The position numbers were made by a program, and so were the translations under genes. Shown here one piece after another: positions 48,308 through 62,637 of a stretch of DNA of 64,000 nt (positions are counted from its first letter, which is position 1; every line of letters starts with the position of its first letter). Under the pieces are notes generated by a model that saw only the letters and a program-made list of their open reading frames with translations, did not search any database and had not been told where the DNA came from. The stretch is from Sphagnum compactum (taxonomy: Eukaryota). The stretch is from NCBI GenBank assembly GCA_965153455.1, contig OZ234493.1, positions 21,938,213 to 22,002,212 on the forward strand, in the 5' to 3' direction.

Positions 48308-51300
48308 TAAAAACTACTAGAGAGGACACAAAGTTTTTTAATCAAGTAAATGGCGATTAACTATGGCTTTATGAATTTTGAACGAAGTACTAGCTATCCA
48401 CAATTGGGAAATGAATCAATGAAACCTAGTGACTCATTTAATTTTCAAGCCATTTTAAAAAAAGGAAATTTAGTGAGGCCTTATTTGATTTGGCTTTTAG
48501 GCTAAATTTTGGTGATAAATTGTAAACACACACCAATGTTAAAAAGCTTCAATACTCGAAGATTATGGATACAATTTGATCATAACATATGATTAACAAA
48601 ATCAATGATTCCAAGGCTATTGACAATACATGAAGTTCAAGAACATTCAAAAAGAAGAAGAGGAAATGCAAAAAATTGTGGATAATTAGATCATGCTTGT
48701 TGTGGTGTAGCCCCACTTTATCAAAACTACTCAAATTACAAAGATATTTTGCAAGCAATTGAAGGCAAACAAGTTTATTAAAAAGAATAAGTTTTTTAAA
48801 AAAAATTCTTTGAATTTTTTTTCCAGCAAAAATAGGAATTTTGAAGGGTAAACATCTTTTTCTAGTGTAAATTTGGTTAAATTTTCCTTTTATATGTATA
48901 TGAAAAATAACTACAATCACACTTTTGTATTCCAAATGTTGATCCATAGCTAAAAACATGTGTCATAAACACCTAAGGCCTTTTTCCACCTTTTATTCCA
49001 AAATATAATCTACGATCCATTAAAAAAGTTCAAGGTGTTCCATAAAGTCCATATTTACATACAATTTCATAAATTCACACAATGGTAACACCAAAACTTA
49101 GATTGAACTCAAAATGGGCATAATGTTTTCAGAATGTGTACCCATAAATCCCTTCAATGTGGATATGAATATAACCTAAGTAATTTCAATAAAAAACTTG
49201 AAATTTTGTACATTTCCAATGTCATGTTAGAACAACTCTAATGATGCATTGAATTTGATGAATATCATTATCTAACACATCCAAATATAATTTAAAAAAT
49301 GTTTGCCCCCTCCCCATTGATAAACAAGAACTATGGAATAATATATATTAAAAGAACATTTAAATGCCAAACATCAACTAGTCACTATGGTTGGTTAATC
49401 AAAAATATTCATTTTGTTATCTTAGGTCTTTTGACACCCATCATATTTACACAAATTTATGAGAATTGAACCCATTTACACACCACTACGACTTGATTTC
49501 ATCCACAATTTGATATATATGACATTTAATTGTAACCAATTTGTGATACAGAAATGGCTCACGGATTTAACAAAATGGAGGTTTGAACATGCACACTTTC
49601 AACTTTAATAAACTACAATGACAATTGTAAATTTTTTAAATGTTACAAGTCATGTAATTCAATGTGAAGTAAAAACATTTACACATGGATGGCAATTTGG
49701 ATGCATGTAGCGTACATATTTGCATGGTTTGATAGTTGATTATGCTCAAAATAGTGGTTCAGAAAATAACAATCAAATTTCATATTGTCTTAACTAGAAG
49801 CTCAAAATTTGAATATGTAAGATGATCACAATTTTTGCCTTTAGATTAGCAACACAATAAAAATGAAAGCCTAATCAAAAAATTTATATTTATTTTGAGT
49901 AAATTTTTTAATTATTAAAATTGAAGTTGCCAAATTCCATTCTTTCAACATTGATGTTTTTTGCAATTGTTTTGGCCAAACACATGGATATCAACTTAAT
50001 TTTCACATGCACATGAAGTTAATTAAGTTGTGTAAATTGGTGGATTTGACCAAAGTTGTGTAGGTGTATGGTTTTTTCAATGTCTTTTGGGTTTGACGTG
50101 TAAAATTTCCAAGTGATTACTCATTATATAACAACATATAATTATTTTTAAAAATTACATTTGGGATCGGATTTGAATATGTAAAAGTAATTCCAACAAT
50201 GCATTCATTGTATTTGAAGACAATATCGATGTTTATGACATTCATTGGGGAACCCATTGTGAACTTGATGTTTTGGAATGCATATGTTTTGGAATTTGAA
50301 GACAAGCATGTTTTGATGTTTTCTCTTGCAAGGGAAAGGGGAAGTTCTTATACAAAAATTGCATGCACATAGATTATGATGAAAAGTTTTTATATAGTTT
50401 CAAAAAGTGAACCCCCCAAAATGAATTCCTGGCCAGTTTTTTACAAGTTTATTATATGTACAAAATAACCATGATGACATTCAACAGTTACCCTACTACC
50501 TTACCCTAAGGTCAGTTTCATCAATATATAATTCTCAAAATAGTGAAATGAATTTTTGTGAAAATATGAAGTTGACATGTTGAAAATCATCGTAGGCTAC
50601 ACTCCGAATAATTTCACTACTCACATCACAATATTATAGTAGATGATGGAAAATTTAAAAATGAATTCATTTTTTGAAAAACTAAAATTATTCATTGTTC
50701 TCAATGTGGAAACTGACCATAGGGTATGGTAGCCTAGAGAGGATAGAGAGGAAAGAATGATCAATGAACAGGCTACTCATCTGGTGTAGATAATGGGATT
50801 GTCTTCTGATGAGGGTATGTTCAAACACAGTCATGGGAAATGATGTGGAGTTGTGTAACTGCAAAGATGGTTGGGACATTCTAAATGCATGATGACATTT
50901 GGTGAAAAAGCAGCCCTAGAGAGTACACAGATGCAATGTCTCTTCTCTTCTTCCAACTGGGCAGTAGCCAACAAAATGGAACTCAAGTTGGGTGCCAAAT
51001 AACTTAGTTCAGTAATGTGATTGTCAACAAGTAACAAATCAAAAGCAGGTAGGAATTAATGGGTTTGCAAGGTCGGGGAAGAGTTGGACGCAAAAATAGA
51101 ATCCTCTCCAACCGTATCAAAAGAGGAAAGGTTTTCTTTCCCATTTGGACCTCTTTTTGAAATTTTCTGAACTTTATTGCCAAATTTGGCTAAACCTTCT
51201 TATGGATGATTACCATTTCAAATACATCACAAAATTGGAAAAACAAAAGGAAAATAAAATATGAAATTCCACATGTAGTCCGTGATGAATATGCTTTTGG

Positions 51301-53676
51301 GACGTCGACACCCAAATAACTAGGCTCTAGATTTTTGTTTGGTTTGAACTTAAAGAGGGAAGGAAGGGGGGGGGGGTACGGAAGGAAGTCACTCACGTAG
51401 ATAACCATCACGTATGATTTGCTTTATGATGTCATTTATCGTCTTCCCATGCAATGCAACTTATCTCCTTCCTCTGTCTTATACATTGTGTCCATACGAT
51501 TTTTTTGAGGGAGTACGGATATTCCAATGGATAATGGTCATGATGATATTTTTTTCATTGAATGTTGAACCACCGATGTCATGTTTGATACAATAAAATA
51601 TTGTGTGTTTGGAATCTGGATCCCACAATTGGGCATGTGTATAATAATAATAATAATAATAATAATATTATATTAGAATCACTTATTATTTAATTATTTA
51701 ATTCTAATTATTATGACAATCACTTATTCACACACACTAGTACACTCTTTTTGTTGTTGTTGATAATTCAAAGGAAACTACGTAAATCAGTGACAATAAA
51801 CTACGTAAACAAATTATTAAATTGCATTTGATTGGTTGTACATAATCTTTTATCTTGAATTGTGTGCATTAGATGAACAAACTAACATTACACAAAAAAA
51901 AATTTGGTTTAATTGTGTGTAACTGATACGGAATCAAACTTTGCTTTAAACCAAAGTAATTTAATTTTTTTGTCAAAATGACAAGAACCAAAGGTTTTAG
52001 AAATCCAACGAACTAGTCCCAAGATTGGACCAAAAGTTCCATTTGAAACAAAAAATAGTTCTAATTGAGACCAAATGTTTTATTTGAAATCAAAAAATTG
52101 TACCAAGACTAAAATCTGTTTCATTGAATGTTTTACACAATTTGACAAGTTATATTGCATTCTTGTGATGGGATAATGCAAAGTTACACTATCACTTTAA
52201 TTAACAAACCTCCAAATTCACCAATGTTGATTTTACAAAGGGAGTGTGACAAATTGTCTTGAACATACTCTCATATTACTTAAAATCAAATACTGTAAAA
52301 AAATTAACCCTATCAACATTGATGTGACCACACAACTTCTAGACCTTTTTCATTTTTTGCTTGCTCGCAATTTGAATATATAACAAGGTTTTTCTATTTG
52401 ATCATCTCCTAACACTTTTGTTAGCCAAGTCCTTTATGTGATCCACACATTAGCTATAACCTATCACATACAACACATGGGCCATACATGGCAAGGCATT
52501 TCGTACGTTGTCATATGTTGATCCTTATGTCATAATAATTTTAAGGTGTTGTTTTCCTAAGAAAAAAATGTTATAGAAAAAGGATGTTCATTATTGCTTG
52601 TTAGTGAATAAATTTGTTAATGTTGAATAATGCAAGAAGATGGAAGGTTGTGATATTAGTGTTTTTTTTTTCAATTTTCTCATGTTGCACCAAAAGTGGT
52701 GATCAACCAAAAAATGGTTTAATCAAAAATTTGTCTATAAGACAAATAATAGAGAAGGGAAAAATCTAGGAATCTTATTACATGTTGGTGAACCATTAGG
52801 ACCTATTAGTTAAATATGAATTTCAAAAGAAAGAAGTTAGAAATCTCCCAAAATCCTCCAAAAATCTTAACAATTTCATAATTTTTTTTTTGAAATTTGG
52901 TTGTTTTTCTAGAAAATTTCCAAAAAATTCCTTTGACCATGTTGCTTGGGATTTTTTTTAACAAAATGGTGATTCTTGTGCATTGACTACCATTTTATTT
53001 TATTTTGGTTTTTATTTTTGCCTTTTAAACCAAAAAAACATCATTTTGACACATACAAAAAATTATTGTGAAAAATTGGTTGTAATAATTCCCTTGAGTT
53101 TCAAACATATAAATAATCACCAATTTTTCACAAAAGGTTTTAGCAAGTTGCCAAAATATAAAAATATTTTAATTTTTTTTACTTTCATATCTATTCTATA
53201 GTTAAACTTGGTTAAATCATCTTTTACATGATCACCAATTTGGTTATAACACAATATTGAAAGAAAAAAAAAACTGCTACCTACATCAATGACATTATGT
53301 GAAATAATAAGAGGGTTCAAAATCCCAAAAGGAATAGATATGGAAGATAAGGGAATTTTCAGTTAGCATGTTAATTTTGTTACTTTCATTTTCCACATCA
53401 AAGTAAATTGTTGGCATCCTTGTATGGATTATTTAACATACATATTTATATTGATTTAGATATTCAAGTTTAAAGTCCTTGCCAGTAATTTAATTAACCC
53501 AAATGGACTTGTTTTCTTGTTGCCTATAAAGTTGTCCTAAAATAAAATAATGTAAAGAAAGGGATGACAAATCTCCTTGTGTTGTGAGATATGTCATCTT
53601 AGCCATGTGTAAATTTCAACGTGAGTGAATAGGAAACCGTTTCAACATGTTGGGACCATTGTGCAAAGTAGAAATC

Positions 53677-56600
53677 AAAGCGTCCCCAACTTTAAGTTCT
53701 TAAGGTCATTGCCATAAATCAACCTGCAATCTCAAACTGAAAAAAAAGTTAGTAGCACAGACCTTGAAAAGTTTTTACCCTCCCGTTTTGGCAATGCACT
53801 CTCCCGTGGTTAGCTACAAAGAATCCAATCATTCTGTGAATTTCTTTAGAGAGACACAGCCTGCACATTACACCACAAACTTCTTTGTACTCATCTTCCT
53901 CTACAAATGTATTTTTACTTATATCCCCTACTCAGTTGTATAGTTCTTCTAGTGGGATGTGAAATGCAGTTCTGTGGTTTGCTTTGGTTCTTCTGGATTT
54001 TCCTTTCACGTGGCACTTAAACCTAGTCATTTCAAGCAATTTTTGAAACTCAATATTGGGTTACTGTTGGATTTGGAAAAGGTACAGAAAAACTTGAGGG
54101 TGGGGTTTGAGGATATTTGCTACATGCCCATGTACCCATGTGTCCCAGCAAGAAAGCAAGGGATCTTATGAGAACCGGATGGTGTCAGAAACATACATCC
54201 TCGTCAGTTTAGAGAGATTGCCGAGCTCTGGTGGGAGGGGACCCCATAGCAGATTATCATGAACATTCCTGCAACAATTGAGAGTAAATTAAAGAAATAC
54301 CCTCTCAGGTACTGGCTACAAGAATATTTCATTCTCATGGAATTCGCATTTGACAGCATGTATTACGAAGCCCATTCTTTCAAATATTGGTAGTCCTCTA
54401 GAAGTACCATCTGTTCTCAAACCTGGTCTGCACATAATGGCAACTTCAGGTTGCAATGCTGAAGACAGCCTTGATGGACAGCCAGGATGTTGTATGAAAC
54501 AGGCTTACTACATGGCTAGAACTGCAAACTTTGATATTACTAACATTTAAGCAAAGTTAGAGATCTATTGTCAAAGCTTGCAGGAGATCAATTCTCTTGA
54601 GCTTTCTAGAGGCATAACTCCAGGTTCAATTATCATACCTTGTTCCAGCCACTATTGGAGAATGTAATTTTGGTGGAGTGATTCATGATGACCTTTTGGG
54701 ATCAATATAACTATCTCTGATATTCTTGGAAAACTATAATTCAACCCCCATACAAAACTGAGGTTTCAAAATGTCTTACAGATATGTCAAGTTGCTGAAG
54801 TTCCCCCACTGAGGTGGAATCTTGTCAGAAATTTCATTTCCCCATAGTGTCCTGCAAAGCGAAATCAATCAGATAGAAGTTATGAGAGTTAAAGTACCGT
54901 AACAAATAACTTTGGATGCTGATGCAAAAAAATGCACTAGATGATATGCGCAAGGACAATTGTTAATTGTCGGCCTGAGATACTGGCAAAACCTTTTCAC
55001 AATATCTGTTTTTGTAGCAAAAACTTTGGCTGGAATACGACACCAGTATTCTGATACTAGTCAGTAGCTATGACATACAGTTCTTGAAGGTTGATCAATG
55101 AACCAAGTCCTGGAAGAGGTCCTACAAGAGAATTGTTGCCCAAAACCTGCCAAAAAGGTCAAAAATTTCCACCCTTGTAAGATGATATAGGACACTTCTG
55201 CCAAACTTGTCTGGGTCATAAAAGTAGTAGAAGAGATTTACTCTTTGAAAAGAAATATTTAACATCCATGCAATAAACTGGGGATCATATAGGACTTGGC
55301 AATCCTATTCTGTCAATTGGTGGGCAAGGGGCACGCGTGTTTTTTTTTCCTGACAAATTCTGTGGTTTCTTCGAAAAAAAATTGGGAAACTTTTGGAATT
55401 TTTTTTCCTAGTGTGAATTCAGAAACATTTGGTAAGTTTTTGGGAAAAATTTGCCAAACTTTTTGATATCACAAAATTGAAAAGAAAAAGAAAAACCCTG
55501 ATGCCCATCACGATTTCACACACAAGCAACAGAAGGAAAATAACTTGATGGGTTTTTCATAATAATCAGATGTGAATGGAGAAGACAAAAATTATCCTTA
55601 GTTGCAACTGTCTGAGACTTCAATTTAACACAGCTTTCTATTTTCTAAGCACTAGTAAGAACTCAGAATTCTGACCATAATATTACCACTGGCAGACAAA
55701 ATATTAGTTCCCATTTTGCACAAAATGGGAACCTGAGAACATCAAGAGCAAGTTGTCCAACCCTTGACCTCAGGTAGTGAGTGAGTCCTGAGGACTTACA
55801 GAATTTGCAGTTTGCTCAAGTTTGAAATTTCAGTTGGAATGGGGCCGGACAAATCACAAATATCAATTTTCCTGCACATGATCAACATATTAATTGACAA
55901 TTGTTTGAATTGACCATCTTGGCAAATGCCATATACAAAGAGTGTGAAGTTGAAGACTTGATAGCCTTGTCCTGAATTGAGATCACATAACCTGTTCAAA
56001 GTTTAGGCTTACCGTGCCGCTCCCAGAAATTTGCAAACCAGTACATGATTCTGCATGCAATTTTGACACTGCAATAGATAACAGTTCTATCATGAATGTG
56101 TGCAGTTTGGACATTGAAAGTGAAATTTTAGTCTCTCCCTGAGTCACTTACAGTTCAATTAGGTTCACGAGATTCAGGACTGGAGGTGGAAAGGGTTGAG
56201 ATAAAGTGCTCCTGGTCAAGAGCCTGCACACATCACAAAGTCTTCTATGAATCGATCATGATCATGCAGCTCTGTGGTTTAAAAGCTAGTAATACATCTC
56301 AACTTCTAGGTTACTTTAGCCTGGATAAAGGAATTTGAATTACGTAGAGTAGATCCAGCTTGATTAAGAATGCCCAGGTGCTAAATGTGGCACATAAGGA
56401 AAATGGCAACAAAGTTGTACAACAATGGTTGGTAGCCACTAATATAAATCCAGCACAGAGAGCATTGTGGTTTGCTCTGGAAATAAAAAACTAAAAGACA
56501 ATTTCTGAATCTCCAGCCATCTGAAAAGGGCTCTTTCTTCTTGCCATAGGGACTCAATTCTTTTAAGAGCTAATGAGCTTTCTCTATATGAAGAGTACTC

Positions 56601-59600
56601 TTGGTTGCTCGCCCATCTTACCATAACAGAATCCGTACTCAACTTAGAATTCTTGACATATTTATTGTTATCCACATGTCAATGTGAGTTTAGTCACAAC
56701 CATTTCTCTTTGATCAGTCTGCGGGACACCAATGCAAAACACATTCATGAGCTAATTCTTCAAAATAATTTGATATCTAGCGCTATCCGGGTACGCGAGA
56801 CTCTTATGGACTCCACTGTTTCCTCTAACAACCCTTCTTGCCTGGGAGCCATGATAGTGTTTTCATTAATCTCCTGAAGTATGCTCACAGAATTGTTGTG
56901 ATCAGACCCGATAAGCCTAGCAAATCCCAATGCTTCCAACCCCATAAAGCACTTGGAAAAAAATAATTTGTGTTGGAGGGAGGCATGTCTATCTGGTGTA
57001 ATTTACCTCCATGGTAGGGAATGTATATTTCATGTCCAGGAGGGTTTTGACACATTGTGAATTTCATGCTTTTCATCAGGCAGGTTCATAAAGGCATACA
57101 CATTTATCTCAACCACTGATTCATCTGTCCTGTTTCACGTTGCCTGTGGGCCTCTTTCTTTGCATTGGGTAAGCCAAGTAGATGAGGGCATTACCACAAT
57201 CAGGTCTGAACACTTGGCTGTTGCTTTGTGCACAGGCCCTTACTCCGGTAATGCCCTCTTACTAGGACCTTGCCTACACATAAACGTTTTATTCTCTTGA
57301 TGTCCTAGACTAAGACATGAAGGATTTTTGTATGACCCAACCATCGAAGGAAAGAGAGATTAAGGAATGAGGACAGGGTGTAATAGCTGGATGAGGTAGA
57401 TCTTACAGGATTTGAAGGTTTGCAAGGTTGCCAAGTTCTTTGGGAATAGGCCCCAGGACACTGTTGCAAGGACCTGTACAACTTTGGGAATTAGTCGGGT
57501 AGTTGCTGAAATCTAATGTTTGAAGGGATGGAAACAGACCGATCTCTGCTGGAATGGGTCCTGACAGACCCATGTTGCTGAAATTTCTGTACAACACCCA
57601 ACCCACCAAGACAATATCAAGTTGGATGTTATTAGCTATTACCACTTTTGCAGAACACCTTCAGGGAAAGAAAGTTGTTATGAAGACAGTTCATTCCTTT
57701 CCTGTGATGTAGCATAGTTATATCTAGCTGTATCATTGAAACTATTGTGAACTTCTCCATGTACTTAGGATATAAGTTCAGCTAAATAGAATTTTAAGAC
57801 ATGGCCCCACCATAAGGTGATTCCAGATCCTCCAGAAAATGTATCAGCCTTCAACATTAAATGAGAGGAGACAGGAGACCCCATCCCTAAAATACAACAG
57901 AATCTGGTGGGAGCAGTTTGACCAACAACTATGGGAGGCACACACCTGTCCTGTTATCGTCAATGTAATGTGTAGGGCATTGCCCCAGGGTGGGTGCATT
58001 TTCTCAAATAAGGGACCTAGGTTCAGATGGTGTAGCTGACCTTCAACCCAGCATTTTGGGAATGATCCATCGAGGATGAGCTACAGATGTTAATACCACG
58101 AATTAACATTTGTAAACCATGAGGAATATTGTGTAGATCACAAGGTGGCCACTACTAGGTGCAGAGGCAGCTTAATTAGCTTACTACACGTAAAAGAGGC
58201 TATATTCACGGATGTAAGCCGGCCTCCTCTGACAGTGAAAAATCAGCCAGAGCTCGGAGTGTAGGGTGAAGCTCAAGGGCAAGGGCATCACCAAAATAAG
58301 ACCCCACACCAGGTGGTAGCAAAGGGGAGGCCTGACTTCAGTAAATACCTTGCCCGAGTGCTTTACCTGGTGTAAAGACTCCCACTGCAAAATGTTCCTC
58401 CGCTGGGTGGAGGAAAGTTTCTGCTGATAAATGACCCTACAAATACACTAGCAAATTTCTACTTTGTCTTTCTGTATGGACAAAAGTGGCCAGTTACCAT
58501 AACATACCCACCTTCATCAGATCCCAGCAGTGGTGGAGGTCAAGGCCATACATTAACCGAGTTACTAAGTTTGTATTCTAAGACCTGCAATAACTGTCCA
58601 AGACTTGGTAACAACATTCTGTCTTGCTCAACATTACATAAAGAAGAGGGAGACAATCAAAGACAACATGAAGGTAGGAGGAGATCAAGTCTAAAGCCTC
58701 AGGGTGAGGTCATTCCCAAAATAAAGGGTCTAGGATGATGAGGCGGTAGATGAGCCGAATCCCACAGTTTGGGAATGTTCCCCACACATGGCCTTTACCT
58801 ACAGCAAAGGATGATGGAAAGGTAATGAACCTAAACCTAACAACCTTGGCTGAAAATAGCAGAACGTAATTTGGGGGAACTCCCAAGCAGAATTTCCTGC
58901 TCCAGTCCAGCACAGGAAGCTTTCACGTAACATCCTTGGAGCAGGAGCACTTTGTTGGGATGGAACCTTAACTGAATTTGGGGGACCTCCCAAAGCACAA
59001 TTTCTCCCTCCAGGCTGGCACACGGAGATTTCACATACAACTTCCTTGGAACAGGGGTGTTTTGTTGGGATGGAACCTCAACCGTTAATGCATCCGAGCC
59101 CATTTCAGCCACAGAGCTGACAACCACCTCCGTTGTTACCTAGCCTAGGGAAAAGTGTAGGCAATGATGTCAGGTCATTACACCTTGGACCTTGGGTTCC
59201 GCGTCCCTCAGTTCCAAGGGAGCAGTTCCCTGACATCAGCACCTTCCCCATACATATGCAGATTGATCACAAGGCATAGGAACGGGAGGGTTCTTAAGAG
59301 TGCGACGGATGTCGTCATACAGGTAGCTTTTCTGGTACAGAGGTTGAGGTTGCTGGTATTAAACATGGTGTAGAAAGGGATGTAGAACTCACAAGCCAAT
59401 GATGGATCCAGTAGGTGTGCATTGGACCACTTGCGGATTCCAGGCACATGGGTTTGTGGTGTTGTAGGCATATCGGTAGTTCATTTTCTGCAGAATTGTT
59501 TGGAATGCATCACCTGAGAAAGAAGCACATTACAACAGCTCACAACGTGAGCAACAAACTGCATGCCGGTCTTAATTAGCAATTAGATGATCCGATTAAT

Positions 59601-59939
59601 GTTCTTGGGTGCAATTACAGTGGAGAAATATTTAATTAGCAAAGTTGATTAATCCACAAACATTGAGGAATTGCAGGAGAAGATCAAGGAAATTACAAGA
59701 GTCACTGCATTTTGAACACAAGCTAGGTGCTGCTCATGGCACAGTACTATAAACAAAGTGCATGCACCCAGTAGTACACTAGAGTTGGGATTTGAACCTT
59801 CTGCTGAAACTGCTTCACAGACTGCAGATTCAGTGTAGATCAGCAGCTGGAGAGATGCAGCCAATAGAGAGACCGAGAGCAGGAAGCAAACATGCACATT
59901 CGTCATTGCAGAACGTTGCAGCACATGCGGATCAGGCAT
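53677..59939 (-). pseudogene. LRR receptor-like (RLK/RLP ectodomain) gene, frameshifted and truncated
   Basis: Signal-peptide exon 59939-59798; LRR N-cap exon 59513-59393 (NPCAW...VQC); LRR exons 57586-57407, 56223-56152, 55871-55800, 55146-55079 (68 nt, frameshift giving TAG at 55124-55122), 54851-54780, 54268-54197, then 53723-> which breaks after LIYGNDL and stops. Phase-2, 72-nt exons encode plant LxxLxxLxLxxNxLxGxIP repeats. No TM or kinase exons are recognisable downstream. Confidence 0.75.
58869..59079. repeat. Tandem duplication, 110-bp period, inside intron 2 of the LRR gene
   Basis: tttgttgggatggaacct at 58951 and 59061; aatttggggga.ctccca.agca.aatttc blocks are duplicated. Confidence 0.85.
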
Positions 59940-61594
59940 AGAAGAAGCAGCTGCCGTTGAGCCGCAGCACGCCGATTCTACTCATCAAGCTGGAGGTCGT
60001 GTAAAATGCACCAGATCAACATCTAGCGCCCATGAAATTTGACAACATGGTTACATATATATCCTGGTGGGAGCCAGCTGCTCCTGCATGAGGCCCCATT
60101 GACTTCTTCTTCTACGTCGAATCTTCCATGATCATGCATGTGCATATAGTGCGCACGTATATATAAGCTGCTGATGTAGGCACCCATTTGAATGACTCTG
60201 AACATGATTTCCTAAGTCTAACAATCTTGAACTTGAAAAATCAGTAGCATGGGCTGACTTTCAATATGGACTAGCTGCTGGTTGCAAGATTTTGAGCTTC
60301 CACAAACTGTTGATTCTCGATCTGCCGGAGCTAGCTCACAAGCTTGTTTCCCTAACTGATCGATCTTCCTGTGTACTGCATTTGCTGGCTCTGGACTTCC
60401 TTTCTACTCGTTCAAACACAGATCCGACTTCAGCTCCGGCAAATCTCCTTTTTCATGCCTTCCTCCACCCCCCCTCTCTCAAACACTCTAGACTCTCCCT
60501 TGCCACCCTTTCAAAAGAAAAGAGATATCTAGACCTAGAGTGAGTGAGTTATTGTCAAATCTGTAGCTTAGGAGAGACTCAAGATGATGAAACCTTACAA
60601 GCTTTATTAAACAAAGCACCCAGCAAAGGGGGAAAGGAAGAACAAGGAGAGAGGACCCAAGTCCAAGTCAAAAATGCAAAAACCCAAAGTCGGTCACAAA
60701 GGGGCAATTATGTTCCAGAGATTTCACCAGTCACAGGAAGCACATCAAAGAAGTAAGAGGACGGAAACCTGAAAGAGCAGCAAGCTTAGAAGAGCCCTCA
60801 CCTGCAACAACAGCATGCTTCAAAATAGAAACGACATGCGCTCTTTGCATAGCTACAACACTCTCTACCTATGAAAGGCACAACTACCATAGGAAGGTCA
60901 TTGGTGACCTTTGCTAATCATGCCATGCTAACAGATCGATAAAAAAGTTGTGTGCTTGCACCCAAAAACCTCTATGGCAAGGGGAAGAAATGTGTGTCGG
61001 GTGCTATTGTGGTAAAGTCCTTCCTTTGCTTTGCTCGAGTCGCCACTGTCACAGCCACCAACTTTAAAACATAAGAAATCATTGAAGTCTCATTTGCAAC
61101 CAATTTTAAAAACATAAGAATACATTGAAGTCTAATTTACTTGCGATCGGTTGTTTTGACGCTTTTGGGTGGTATGCTTATTCTGACGGTTCTGGGTACT
61201 TCTCCCATTTCTCTTCTTTTCTTTTCCTTTTTCTTTCTGTGTTACTCAGGGCCTTTCTTGGGCTCTGACAGCCTACATAAATTGGGCTAATTGTAGTTCA
61301 CTCTCCCAGCTCCTTCAAGGTGCTTACAGGAGTTGTGCAGGTGTGTGTGTGTGTGTTTTTTTTTTCCTTCTTCCGCATGTAGTGATTTTGAATGACCCAC
61401 CATAAAAACATTATTGGAATATTGGAGTTTCCCAAATTTGAATCAGTGCAGGTGCCAATTTGACAAGTATTAGGCAATCGGTAGTGTTTTTTATGTTTTG
61501 TTCACAAAAGTCTACACCAGCTGAATTAGCAGCAGGAGGTTTCCAGGCAGTTGTATTAAATGGTAGCATGGGCGGCAGGAGGTATTCAACCTAA

Positions 61595-61962
61595 GAGCAT
61601 CACCAACGGTGCTCAGTATGTAACTCTGGATAGTAAAATGAATTGTCTAAGTTTAGCTGTTTTTTTTCAGCAACCCCACCAATAAAACTGAAACTGGAAT
61701 TGCATATATATGGGGAACTACTAATAGCAAACCACATGGACCAATCATTGTGATTGACCAATATACTGAGCTGCATTCAGGTGCAATTCATTACACTCTT
61801 TTTAGAACGTGCAGAACTGTGTTGTGCCTTTCACCAGCCACCGCAAGCCGGACAAACTTGGTGCAGAAAAACCAATTTCCTGAGCTAAACCGGCACATTT
61901 TCACTTTTTTGCAAGACATTTTACCGTCTGGAGTCACATACTGAGCACCCTCAGAAATGCTC
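61595..61962. mobile_element. Tourist/PIF-Harbinger MITE, full length (368 bp), copy 2
   Basis: TAA|gagcatcaccaacggtgctcagtatgtaactctggatagtaaaatg ... cattttaccgtctggagtcacatactgagcaccctcagaaatgctc|TAA: ~46-bp imperfect TIR and perfect TAA TSD. Confidence 0.9.
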
Positions 61963-62637
61963 TAACCACTAATTATTGGACCTGCCCTGCACCTGCAGGG
62001 ACGAACTTTCTCTTATATATATATATATATAATAAAGTTATACGTAAATTCAGGCCAAGACGGCACAGGAACCCCATGTTTGGTCACGTGGGGGACGAGA
62101 TTTTTAAAAACAGGAATAAAAAGTATGCTGGGCTTCAACGGAGCGTGAAACTCAGTTTAGCAACAAATTTTATGGTAAATTGAGTTTCCCCTGTCCTTTC
62201 TTTTTTCTGAATGCTTTCCACCAATCACTGCTGCTGCTCTGTGTACTGTAGCTATAAGTGTTCTTGAGCCTGGTGCATTTAATCCAGAGTCTCAGTGTTT
62301 CATAGCTTCATTTAATAAAATGTTATGACTTTGCCAACAACAGCCAGGAGGGGATGAAGCATCAAATGAGGGGTGCAACTCAGGCCCAACAGGGCATGAG
62401 TTTATGGATAGCTCTAATGTATATGATTTTATTTTGGGCAAGTCCAATGTTCCAATAATGTGTTGTTCTCCAACAATTTCACATTCATAATGCCATTACT
62501 TCATGAGACAGATGGTGACGCTGCTGATGCCCAAAAGCTGAGTAGAAGATTTGATTTCCAAGCCAAAACGTGAAATTGATTGTGGTGGTGTGATTTGTGG
62601 TCGGTAAGGCCCACAGCCAGGCGTGTTACCAGAGTAA

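Noticed and set aside
56013..56050. 38-nt AG...GT cassette in the LRR gene
   Set aside because: Not LRR-like and breaks the frame; treated as cryptic.
56889..56951. 63-nt phase-2 candidate LRR exon (ALWGWKHWDLLGLSGLITTIL)
   Set aside because: Frame-compatible but a poor LRR consensus; left out of the model.
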